NCBI RefSeq assembly: GCF_006345805.1
Contig: NC_042997.1
Span: 14,074,001-14,138,000, forward strand
Length of the DNA stretch: 64,000 nucleotides
Direction: 5' to 3'
From: Octopus sinensis
Lineage: Eukaryota
The notes beneath the pieces are model-generated. The model was not told the DNA's origin and did no database searches. It saw only the letters and a list, made by a program, of their open reading frames with translations. The stretch's first letter is position 1. Each line of letters starts with the position of its first letter. Positions 51,962 to 64,000 of this stretch are shown here, piece by piece. The translations under genes were made by a program, and so were the position numbers.

Positions 51962-52512
51962 TGTATGTATGTTTATAGAAAGACAAACATACAAGCTAAC
52001 AGATTAGATAACTAGAAAGTCTAATAGGCTGGCGGATTTATTTATATACATATATATGTGTGTGTGTGTGTGTGTTGTATGTATGTATGTATGTATGTAT
52101 GTATGTATGTATGTATGTATGTATGTATGTATGTATGTATGTATGTATGTAGACAAAGAAAGAAAATGGAATTAACGGCGTTCTTTCATAAAAGCACTAC
52201 AACTGTTTCGATGCATTCTCAAACTTGTAGCACATAAGTGAGATGTTGTGTCACCATTATCTTACATCCAAGATGTGGAATGCGCCTCTTCATGTGATTG
52301 TTTAAAAAAAGTTGTTCGTTATATAAACCCAATGGGTAATATGGAATTCCTGATATATATCATGTAGCAAGAGCATTTCAACTGTATAATGAAATCAAAT
52401 GGCTGATAACTCTGCACGAGCTTTTCACAGCATTCTACAAGGTTTTCGTTCGAATCTCAGTTAACTATGAATGTATGTATGTATCTGATTATGCAAGTAT
52501 ATATATATATAT

Positions 52513-52698
52513 AGGAGTGGCTGTGTGGTAAGTAGCTTGTTTACCAACCACATGGTTCCGGGTTCAGTCCCACTGTGTGGCACCTTGGGCAAGTGTCTTC
52601 TGCTATAGCCTCGGGTCGACCGAAGCCTTGTGAGTGGATTTGGTAGACGGAAACTGAAAGAAGCCCGTCGCCTATATGTATATATATATATATATATA

Positions 52699-52730
<32 letters not shown>

Positions 52731-52950
52731 ATATGTTTGTATATCTGTGTTTGTTACCACCCCGCAACATCGCTTGTCAACCGATGCTGGTGTGTTAACG
52801 TCGCCGTAACTTAGCGGTTCGGTAAAAGAGACCGATAGAATAAGTACTAGGATTACAAAGAATAAGTCCTGGGGTCGATCTGCTCGACTAAAGGCGGTGC
52901 TGCAGCATGGGCACAGTCAAATGACTGAAACAAGTAAAAGAGTAAAAGAG
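52513..52950 (+). mobile_element. SINE family B
   Basis: Full-length homology to 50188-50595. Confidence 0.9.
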
Positions 52951-52964
52951 AGAATATATATATT

Positions 52965-53512
52965 TACACATAAATGCCTCACGCTATGAGTGACTCTTAA
53001 AGTCAAAACTACCATAATAAATACAGTGTACTGAACGCGATGGAATACAACTCTAGAAGCGAGTTCCTTAAAAACAGATTCAGCCGCATATCATATGATT
53101 TCATAATTAGTGCACAAAATGCACTTTTTAATCGTCAGTGCAGACATAATCAAGACACATAAAAATGAACAAAAATCAAACATACCAGACGAACACCAAA
53201 TGTATCCAACAAAGCACATTAAATAGATTATATAAATTGTACGAATGAACAACTTTAAAGTGCTATGTTGGATACATTTGGTGTTCGTCTGGTATGTTTC
53301 CTTTTTGTTCATTTTTATGTGTCTTGTTTATGCCTGCACTGACGATTAAAAAGTGCATTTTGTGCACTAATTATGAAATCATATGATATGCGGCTGAATC
53401 TGTTTTTAAGGAACTCGCTTCTAGAGTTGCATTCCCTCGCATCCGGTGCACTGTATTTATTATGGTAGTTTTGACTTTAAGAATCCCTCATAGCGTGAGG
53501 TATTTATGTGTA
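52965..53512. mobile_element. Fold-back element with inverted arms of about 250 bp
   Basis: 52965-53218 pairs with 53260-53512; spacer about 40 bp; TA at both ends. Confidence 0.85.
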
Positions 53513-53629
53513 TTAATGCCCTTAATATAAATAAATATATTTAAAAGGAATAATTATAATTTTCCCTTTCGAGGTTTTTCACGCTGACTACTTGATAAAT
53601 TCTTATAAATATTTAATCCTATTTTAAAT

Positions 53630-53666
<37 letters not shown>

Positions 53667-53914
53667 TAAGCTCGCATGCTCACACATATATGCATATTCA
53701 TATTTACACATATCAAGAGAAATACTTCTAACATCTGCATTTAATATTGTTTGCTATGATTTAATCAAAAATGGTCTCTCCTACTAGCAAGTCATAGCGA
53801 CTCCTTTTAGAAAAGGCCTATTATATACATATATTATATGTGATACAAAAGCATTCAGATCTTAGGTAACGTAAGTATATCTGCCGTCAGTCGTCGCGAC
53901 TATGATAGGTCATG

Positions 53915-54210
53915 GCTTTAGCATGATTTTATAATCTTCCTCCATGCTGGTCGGTTTTTCACTTGAGTTTGCCATTTATTATAATCAATTCCTTTCCATT
54001 TCATTTTCCTTTTTACAATGTTTTTAAATCTCAATCCATGTCTTCCGTGGTTTCTTTTCCCCTTTCCATAATTGTGAGTAAAGGATTTGTCTGGGGAGTC
54101 TGTTGTTGTCCATCCTATGTACGTGACCCCAAAAACGTAAATTTCTATCAATGAGGATTTCCGTCATAGGAGACAGACCACCACGTCGTAGGATCTTTTC
54201 ATTCTATGGT
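53915..54210 (-). pseudogene. RTE-clade LINE ORF C-terminus
   Basis: LRFWGHVRRMDNNRLPRQILYSQL..GKRNHGRHGLRFKNIVKRKMK..IDYNKWQTQVKNRPAWRK across two frames. Confidence 0.85.
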
Positions 54211-54666
54211 AACGTATGTAACTGAACAAAAATCTAAAGCAAACATCGGATTTTATTATAATGTGAAGTAATACCACCTCTATTTTTTCTTTTTTTTTCT
54301 TTTTTAAATTGGAAATTGCTGAAATTTAATACAACTTTCGTGGCCTCTGTTAACGAATGGAAGAGGAAAGTTTGACGCCATCTTAGATTCTCGGCATGTT
54401 TTTCATATTTATTAGATAGCCGCTTCGGTGATCGAGTATTTGTGAAACTTAAAGTAGCAGCATAATATATAAGCCGAATAAACATGATTTTCTCCTCTAA
54501 AAGCATTTTTCTTGTTCCTTATACAATTGGTGCGTGTACATATATGTGTGTGTACGTATATATGCATGCACACACACACACACATACACAAATAGAGTGA
54601 AAACATATATGAATATATAATATAAGCTAAATACATGTGTGTGTAAATGAGTATATATTATGCTGT

Positions 54667-54698
<32 letters not shown>

Positions 54699-54886
54699 TA
54701 TATAATATTATATATGTATATGTATTATATATATATATATATTATACATACATATATATATATATACATATATAAACATATAATATAAACTATATACATT
54801 GTGTGTAAATGAGTATATATTATCTGTTATATATATATATATACACACATACATATATACATACATACATATATATATATATATAG

Positions 54887-54917
<31 letters not shown>

Positions 54918-55479
54918 GGGTTTATGTATGTATAGATACAGACAGACAGACAGGTAGGGAGAGAGTAGACAGATGGATAGAGAGCTATATATATAATATG
55001 TACACCTACACAAAGACACGCGTGCACGCATATAGACACACACACACACACGCCCCCGTATACACTCACGTACGCACGCACTTACAGATGTAGAAAAAAA
55101 TTAACGAGAGATTATTTGTTTTTCTTGTTTTCTCAACTATAAATTCCTGCAATAGATTTTATTTCAAGCGTCTTCGGCATAGCTTCCGGTTATTGACATC
55201 GTTGAGTGACAGCGTCTAATATAATGGTTATGCTACCGTACGCTGGAATTGCTTCGGGTTAAGTAAAGCTATTAAAAAGAATATAAATCAATATCTTTAG
55301 GTCGACCTGTGGTTTAGAAATGTTTCCTTGTTTAAAGAAAAATCTAGATTGAAAAAGAACGGATACAAGGAAATTGTAGTCGAAAAAAAAAAAAAATAAA
55401 CATTACATTTTATTTTTCTTTTCTTTTTTTTTTTTTTTTTCTTTTTCTCTTTTTGTTTCTTCCCTAAGCTTTTGTCATC

Positions 55480-56405
<926 letters not shown>

Positions 56406-57197
56406 CCTTATTGTCATAGTTCTCTCTCTCTCTCTCTCTCTCTCTGCTGCTTCTGTCCCTTTCGGAAAATTTTTATTACTGCTGCTGGTGCTGTTCTTGT
56501 TCTTGTTGTTGCGGGCACTATCTTTTATTTCCATTTTTATGCCTCATTGAACTTCTCGCTTCATTTGGTATTTATGCATATCCTGTCTCTTCATATTCAG
56601 TTATACACCTTGTAACGTACTATAAAAATGTTGAGGATTTCCCCCTAAATGAATAATAATGAAAAAAAATTATCACCAAATAATAACTAAGATATTTGAA
56701 AACTGGATAATTTCCATTGTATATTTAAAATCATTGTGTGCTCGTGTATATAAACGCGTATGTGCGTGTGTGTACGAGTGTGTGTATTGCCTTATTTTGT
56801 TGTTATTATTGTGACTGCAGCTATGATGTTACACAGCCTTCGAGGGTTTTAGTCAATTATTCGACCTCTATACTTTGTCTTTACTGACTTTATTATTGTA
56901 TCTAGGAAGAAAGGCAAAGTCTAACGGGTGTAATTGAAGGTAACCGAAGCGGAACAAAATACCACGAGATATATAGTTTTAACATATAGAGAGCCATTCC
57001 AGACATACACACACACACACATACATTGCCCCAGCATGGCGACAGTCTAATGACTAAAATAAGTAAAAGATGATAGGTAAAAATAAAAGAGAGAGAGAGA
57101 GAGAGTAGAGAGAGAGAGAAGAGGGAGAGGGACAGACAAGCAGACAGACTTACTGAAAGACAAACAGATTAATAGATATACATGCACACATACGAAG

Positions 57198-57255
57198 AGC
57201 TCAGTCCGTTTCAGCGAGTCTAGTGATAATATATGAGCTCGCTTCATCAGGAGCC
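57198..57255 (-). ncRNA. Hammerhead-like motif with a degenerate cleavage triplet
   Basis: Minus strand: gctc-CTGATGA-agcgag..ctcgct-GAAA-cggact-gagc. Confidence 0.5.
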
Positions 57256-57705
57256 AATAACTTATACACGTATCGAATACGTATACGTTCGCTGTCGAAA
57301 TACACCGAGTAGCCAGGCTTCAGCGATGCTACATATATATATATCCCCAGTGTAGGTGTGTGGATGAATGTCTTGATTTTGGTGTTTTCACTCGAATGTT
57401 AATTGCAGGTTTTACTGAGATGACTAGATAGAGATGTGTAGAAGATTTGTTTTGGTTAATATATCTCGTTAGATTTTACGGCCAGTACCGGTTTTGTTTT
57501 GAGCGTGCATGTGTAGTCGACGAAACATTGTGGTATTACTTTGCCTTACTTTTTTTCCATGCATGTGTGGCAATATGTTTGGGACAGCAGATTAATTTGT
57601 ATGTGCGAGTGAGTGCATGTATGCGTATACTTATGTGTATGTGTCTGTGGACTTTGCTAGGAAGGGTGTCGTTAAAAAGATGCAATAAAGATCGGATGAG
57701 AAAAA

Positions 57706-57741
<36 letters not shown>

Positions 57742-57743
<2 letters not shown>

Positions 57744-57932
57744 AGAATTCACAAAAAGAAACAAAAGACGAAGACAGGTAATGTAGACAACAAACAGATG
57801 TATTAGTATAACGCTCGGGAAGTGAAAAAGTCTTTAACGTTTCGAGTCTACGCTCTTCCACAGAAAGGAACACAGAAAGAAACAAGGAGAGAAAATAAAG
57901 AATGTGTAGTGGCTAGCGATCTATCATGGCGA
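57742..57932 (-). mobile_element. Second copy of the short pLTR-like unit, hammerhead variant at 57831-57868
   Basis: Minus strand: cttt-CTGTGGA-a-gagc-gtag-actc-GAAA-cg-TT-aaag; flanked by (TA)n and (TATC)n. Confidence 0.6.
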
Positions 57933-57964
57933 ATGATATACCTATCTATCTATCTATCTATCTA

Positions 57965-58000
<36 letters not shown>

Positions 58001-59041
58001 TCAAATACTGTAAAATATTATTGGGTTTTATAAAACAGACGGAAGGTGAGTTAATACGTAAGAGAGAGAGGGGAGAGTAGTAGTAAATGTTTTAAATGCA
58101 CGACAAATTACCACAGAAGTTTAGGGCTCGAACTATTACTTCGTTAAACTCAATTGCACATTAGTTTGTATTAAGGTGGTTACGTGTAACCAGAACTACA
58201 TAGACTTAAAAATTACAATTAGAAAACAAATACTTGATACTTCATTACGAACGTTTCAGTTGACGATAATCAATAATTAGTACATATTAGTCGATTATCA
58301 ATCACATCTTCAGATGTTATGCTGAAATACAATTCCTCAAAACAATTTTCTCCTTTTGCCTTTATATGAATCATGCTTCAGCCGATGATAGGAAGATAGG
58401 AAAAGAAGGGAAGTAAAAGGGAATATAAGACAAGAAATCAAAAGAATATATAAATAAAACGAAGCATATATAACAAGGTTTAGGTTAGGTGGTTATCAAA
58501 TTAAGGTGACGCACATAAGTGTAGGTTACTGGAACAAAATGAACTCGGCCATAGTGGATAAAAACAATAAAGATTAAAGAAGTAAAACAAATAAAAGCAA
58601 AAGGAAGAATACAAAAAGGCTGCAAGTAACGAAAAAGAAAAATCCAAAATTAGTTGGGAAGACACGGAAAATGTATATTTAGTTATCATTGATCCCCTTA
58701 ATTGAGTTTGTCTGAGGTTTATGTATATATACACACCTTTTTACTTGTTTCACTCTTTGTGCTGGGACACCGCCTTCAAGGAGTTAGTCGAGCAAATCGC
58801 CCCCAGTACATTATTTTTGAAACCTGGTCAGTTACAGGGACTTAGACAAACCAACACCGGTTGTCAAGTGGTGGGGAAGAAACACATTCACACACACATA
58901 CATTAATGTGTGTGTGCGTGCGTGCGTGTGTGAGCGTGTGCGTGTGTGAGTGTGTGCGTGTGCCTGTGTGTGTGCACGTGTGTGTTGCCTTCCGGCTATA
59001 TATAAATATATAAATATATAATATATAATATATATATATAT

Positions 59042-59074
<33 letters not shown>

Positions 59075-59335
59075 GCGACGTACGTACACGTTCGTCTCTT
59101 ATATGTAAGTATATATTTATCTAATTTTGTACGACTCTATTATTCTTTCCTTCTTTCCTTCTTTCTATCGGCCCTTTCAGGCTTACTTCGTTAATTCCAC
59201 TCTTCGTTCTTTCGTTCCCCCTCTCTCATATTTCCTGGTCTTCTCTTCATGCTCGCTTTCCTTCCTCTTTCACTTCACTGTGTCCCTTTCATTTTTTTTT
59301 CTCGACCCTCCTTAATTCTTCTATCCCTCTGCCTC

Positions 59336-59387
<52 letters not shown>

Positions 59388-59652
59388 CTCCCCATGCGAC
59401 CGGTGTTCGACCAAGCCTGACCTTTCTTTCTGGTTCGACTACCATCCGTACAACATCTATATTCTTCCCTTTGAAATCTTATGTCCCTACAATTGCACCG
59501 GTTACTAATCTGTGCAGTTGAAACATGTGTAGGTCTATGTAAAGCTGTATATATAAAATGAATTAAAAGTAATGCTAAGCCACTTCGTAATAATCTTTAT
59601 TATTGTTGTTGATGTATGTGTGTGTGTGTCTGTGTCTGTGCATGTGTACACA

Positions 59653-59702
<50 letters not shown>

Positions 59703-59921
59703 TACACATAAACGACAGACTATCGTCCAGTTCCTACAAATTTCATTCATAAGTCTTTGTTCAACACGCAGCACTTACCCAACGTATAGGGCAGGTGTTT
59801 CGAATCCATTACCATATAGTTTCAAAGTGAACTTAACACTAATGCTTTTGAATATATGTGAGATAGGGTGGAGGGAGATACAGAGAGAGTGAGTGAGTGA
59901 CAGGCAGACAGATAAACAAAC

Positions 59922-60049
<128 letters not shown>

Positions 60050-60959
60050 GGTGGTTATCCAATTCTTCAACATGTTTGTTGTGAAACGGAAATAGAAAAA
60101 TAATTCACTATATTTATATTAATTACGAAGATTGTTTAAAATGCTATTGAGAAAGTCTTTAACTAATTAAATTTCATTCTGTATATGAAAGTATTTTTAG
60201 TTTTCCACTGACAAACATTGTTTAGGATATGACACTGAATGTATGCAGCTGTAACAACTAAATGATGGCGATTTGATTTTTATTATTATTTTGAATATAT
60301 GAATTAATTCATATACTCAAATAATAATCATCGAATTTACACAACTAAATGATATTTACACTGCACATTTATTAATACATCATGTATAATCAGTCTGACC
60401 GAGAAAAATCTGGTTTCTAATCATACCGGAAGATACTACTAAGTCAAGATCATGACCATTTCGATGGTTGAACACGTATGTTCCCTTTAGAAGTTATAAA
60501 CCCCATACTGTTGCCGTCGTTGTTGTTGTTGTTGTTGCTTAACCCTACATCAGCACTTATTGAGCATACATAAAATATAATGTGTTGCCATCTTTATGGT
60601 GACACAGAAACAACATTTTTTAAAACCTAGAGTGTTTTTTTAGTAAGACTGCACTACTGCACTACGTGGGTGGAGCGACTGCTTACAAGCACTCTCTTTA
60701 ATACAGTTAGAGGCATAATTTTAAATTAATTATGTTGTTTCGATATCTAATATCGAATTCTGATGCGAGAGTTACATAGATGAAAATTAAAATCTACTCG
60801 AACCAAATTCTAGACAAAGTTATTTCTGGTTGTAATCACTTTATTAATTTTACATAACTAATATTTCATTTTTTTGTATTTGACTTTTAATACTCTTGAC
60901 GTTAATTTGTGTGTTGAAACATTCTGTTATATCTCGGATAGGTCATTATACAAATAATA

Positions 60960-61178
60960 GGCGGCGAACTGGCAGAAACGTTAGCACGCCGGGCTAAATG
61001 CGTAGCCGTATTTCGTTTGCCGTTACGTTCTGGGTTCAAATTCCGCCGAGGTCGACTTTGCCTTTCGGGGTCGATAAATTAAGTACCAGTTACGCACAGG
61101 GGTCGATGTAATCGACTTAATCCGTTTGTCTGTCCTTGTTTGTCCCCTCTGTGTTTAGCCCCTTGTGGGTAGTAAAAA
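60960..61178 (+). mobile_element. SINE family C
   Basis: Homologous to 1828-2055. Confidence 0.85.
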
Positions 61179-61270
61179 AATACATTATACAAATAATAAG
61201 CACACGCACACACTGGGGGTTTTTCCATTTCTTATTCGTCAATTAGAATTTAAAAATAAATAAAGAAATA

Positions 61271-61598
61271 TAACAAGAGCACTCAGAGAGCGCAAACCTC
61301 TGCCATGGCAATACCAACGTCCTCTCAACAATTCACTAGAGAGGATTTTTAAAATGAGAATATATCCGAAATAAACTCGACTGCTCTCACAAACGAGAAT
61401 ACTAAATAAACAATCCAGAATCCTTGTTCTGTACTGGATCGATCCCAAAATCTAATCAGCTCGTGCCAGTCACGAGGCCAAACATCCCTGAAAGTTTCAT
61501 CCGAATCCATCCAGCGGTTCTTGAGATATCTTGTCCACTGACAAACAAACAAACACGACTGAAAACAATACCTCCGCCTTCGCAAAGGCGGAGGTAAC
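61271..61598 (+). mobile_element. Helentron/HINE-like non-autonomous element
   Basis: 5' subterminal acctctgcc matches the 3' perfect 12-bp hairpin tacctccgcctt-cgca-aaggcggaggta (61569-61596); (CAAA)n lies near the 3' end. Confidence 0.6.
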
Positions 61599-61949
61599 TA
61601 GGTTTCTTATTGGCAAAGTAACCCTCTCGGAATACAACATTACATGACTAATATTCTGTCATGAACATGAACGCCACGCCATCTCATTTGACTTCCTCAA
61701 TAAATTGCTCCGCTGTAAATAAAAATCAGTATTCAGAAACTTATGGTAGAAACTGTCATTATGCTGCTTAAAAAGAAAGTTCAAAAGGTCAGTTCAAGAA
61801 CGGATTGTCCCTTGAAGACTTCGGTTTCAGTTTACTGTTTCTTAAACCTTTATCGAATAGATCAATGATCAAAATCATTCCAGATATTGTGTATCTAGGA
61901 CTGTGTTTCTTCTCTTTTTGTATACACAATGGTCTATACGAATAAATAG

Positions 61950-62470
61950 TGGAGGCGCAATGGCCCAGTGGTTAGGGCAGCGGACTCGCGGTCGGAGGAT
62001 CGCGGTTTCGATTCCCAGACCGGGCATTGTGATTGTTTATTGAGCGAAAACACCTAAGGCTCCACGAGGCTCCGGCAGTGGGTGGTGGTGAACCCTGCTG
62101 TACTCTTTCACCACAACTTTCTCTCACTCTTTCTTCCTGTTTCTCTTGTACCTGTATTTCAAGGGCCAGCCTTGTCACATCCTGTGTGTCACGCTGAATC
62201 TCCCCGAGAACTACGTTAAGGGTACATGTGTCTGTGGAATGCTCAGCCACTTGCACGTTAATATCACGAGTAGGCTGTTCCGTTGATCGGATCAACCGGA
62301 ACCCTCGTCGTCGTATTTCGTCTGCCGTTACATTCTGAGTTCCAATTTCGCCGAGGTCGACTTTGCCTTTAATCCTTTCGGGGGTCAGTAAATTAAGTAC
62401 CAGTTGCGTCCTGGGGTCGATCTAATCGACTGGCACCCTCCCCAAAAATTTCGGTCCCTGTGCCTAGAGT
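61950..62470 (+). mobile_element. SINE family A fused at about 62315 to the 3' part of SINE family C
   Basis: Family A runs to ccctcgtcgtcgta, then switches to tttcgtctgccgttac..ggggtcga of family C. Confidence 0.8.
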
Positions 62471-62872
62471 AGAAAAGAGTATTTGTATGTGAGAGAAAGA
62501 GAGAGAGAGAGAGTGTGTGTGTGTGTGTGTGTGTGTGCGTGTGTGTGTCTTTGTGTGCCTGTGTGTGGGTCTCTGTGTGTATGTGCGTTTCTCTGTGTGT
62601 GTGTATGTGTTTTTATGTGTGTATGTGTACGTGTGCATGTGCGCGTGCGTAAATGTATGCGGTTATTATATACACGCATACACACTCTTTATGTTAAGTG
62701 TACAAACCCCATTGATAAATAAAAATATCAACAAAAACGCGTGGTTATGTCATTAGAACCTTGCTTCCTAACCTCAAGGTTTCTGAAGTTCACGGCAATT
62801 GTCTTCCGCTGTAAACCCCGGGTCAACCAAACTCTGAGAGAATTTTGTAGATGGAAACTAAAAAAGATTTTC

Positions 62873-62914
<42 letters not shown>

Positions 62915-62924
<10 letters not shown>

Positions 62925-63150
62925 TTAGAGACAAAACCCTAGATTTTTGCAAATCAAACAAGGAAAGAGCTTAATCATACTAAAAAAATTTTAATATAAA
63001 GTAAATTAATATAATAAAGTGTTTTGCAAAATAGTGGTTTTGTCTCTAATTAATATTATATAATATTTAACTATAAAATTGGATTCAATCCTAAATCTGA
63101 TTTTTCCCTGTAAATTTGGTATTTTTCCCTAATATTTTTTATTATTATTA
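62915..63150. mobile_element. Short element with a 24-bp inverted repeat, related to 40958-41760
   Basis: ataatattaattagagacaaaacc (62915-62938) is the reverse complement of 63036-63059; followed by tttttccctgtaaatttgg. Confidence 0.5.
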
Positions 63151-63185
<35 letters not shown>

Positions 63186-63515
63186 CTATATATATATATA
63201 TATATCTATAGGTATAATCGAACAATAGACCCCAGTACATATTTTTTTAACTGCCTGGGGGGTACTTATTCTATAGGTCACTTTCCCGGACTGCTAATTT
63301 ACAGGTACGTAAACCCACACTGTTTTCAAGCAATGGTGAGATCCAAACACAAAGACAAGAATACACACATACACACACATACATGTATAGTGTATGTATG
63401 TATTTATGTAGTGTATGATATATAGATATATAGATAATAGATAGATAGATAGATAGATTATACAGACAGACACTAGATACACCAGACAAGACAGACAGAC
63501 AGACATACAATAGAC

Positions 63516-63564
<49 letters not shown>

Positions 63565-63568
63565 TAGA

Positions 63569-64000
63569 TATGTTTCTTTATTAGCCACACAGGGCTGCAC
63601 ACAGATAGAACAAATTACAAGGTAGAGCTTTTCTTTTGAAGGTTTAAAAAATAAAAAAAAAAAAAAATAAAAAAAATAAAATAATAAAAAAGGGGGGGTC
63701 GATCAAAAGGGATCGTAAAAGGAGAGAAAGAGGACAAAAAAAGGGGGGGTTAAAAAAAAGGGGGAGAGGAAAAAATTGATCAATAGGGATCGTTATCACA
63801 GAAATGTCAATATGAAGTGTAAAGGGGAGGACAGGTGAGGTTTACCGTGGAAAGAAAAGCCTACGGAAAAGACCACGGTAACCTCGGTCAATGAAGTCAC
63901 ATGTTATATTTTTTTTTTTTTTTTTTTTTTGCAAATAAGCAACTCTCTGTATTAATTTTACGGTTCATAGAATCATAGTCAAGGTGGCTTCGTCATTCAT
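63569..64000 (-). mobile_element. 3' end of a second copy of the same Tx1 family, cut by the window edge
   Basis: Closely matches 16363-16727 (tatgtttctttattagccacacagggctgcac...ggtggcttcgtcattcat) and directly abuts (GATA)n at 63430-63570. Confidence 0.92.

Overview
Eukaryotic, repeat-saturated non-coding DNA, most likely from an octopus (coleoid cephalopod). That assignment is an inference from the extreme (TA)n/(CA)n/(GATA)n/(AAT)n density and the SINE types. No host protein-coding gene is confidently recognisable; nearly all ORFs in the track are microsatellite translations. Real content: (1) a near full-length L1/Tx1-clade retrotransposon on the minus strand (16363-21515) sitting inside a (GATA)n array, plus the 3' end of a second copy at 63569-64000 that also abuts (GATA)n; (2) R4/Dong-clade fragments associated with (TAA)n, including a 532-bp tandem duplication; (3) Penelope-like element remains with a GIY-YIG domain and about 15 minimal type I hammerhead-ribozyme motifs of several families, some with an intact core; (4) mariner, RTE, CR1/Jockey and Helitron-like relics, several fold-back elements and more than 20 SINE copies; (5) a roughly 20% GC segment at 41 kb with CpG excess and TpG/CpA deficit, and a diverged 340-356 bp tandem duplication with exon-like cores at 40.2-40.9 kb. 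All family calls come from motif recognition by eye, with no database search. Counts are approximate hand counts.
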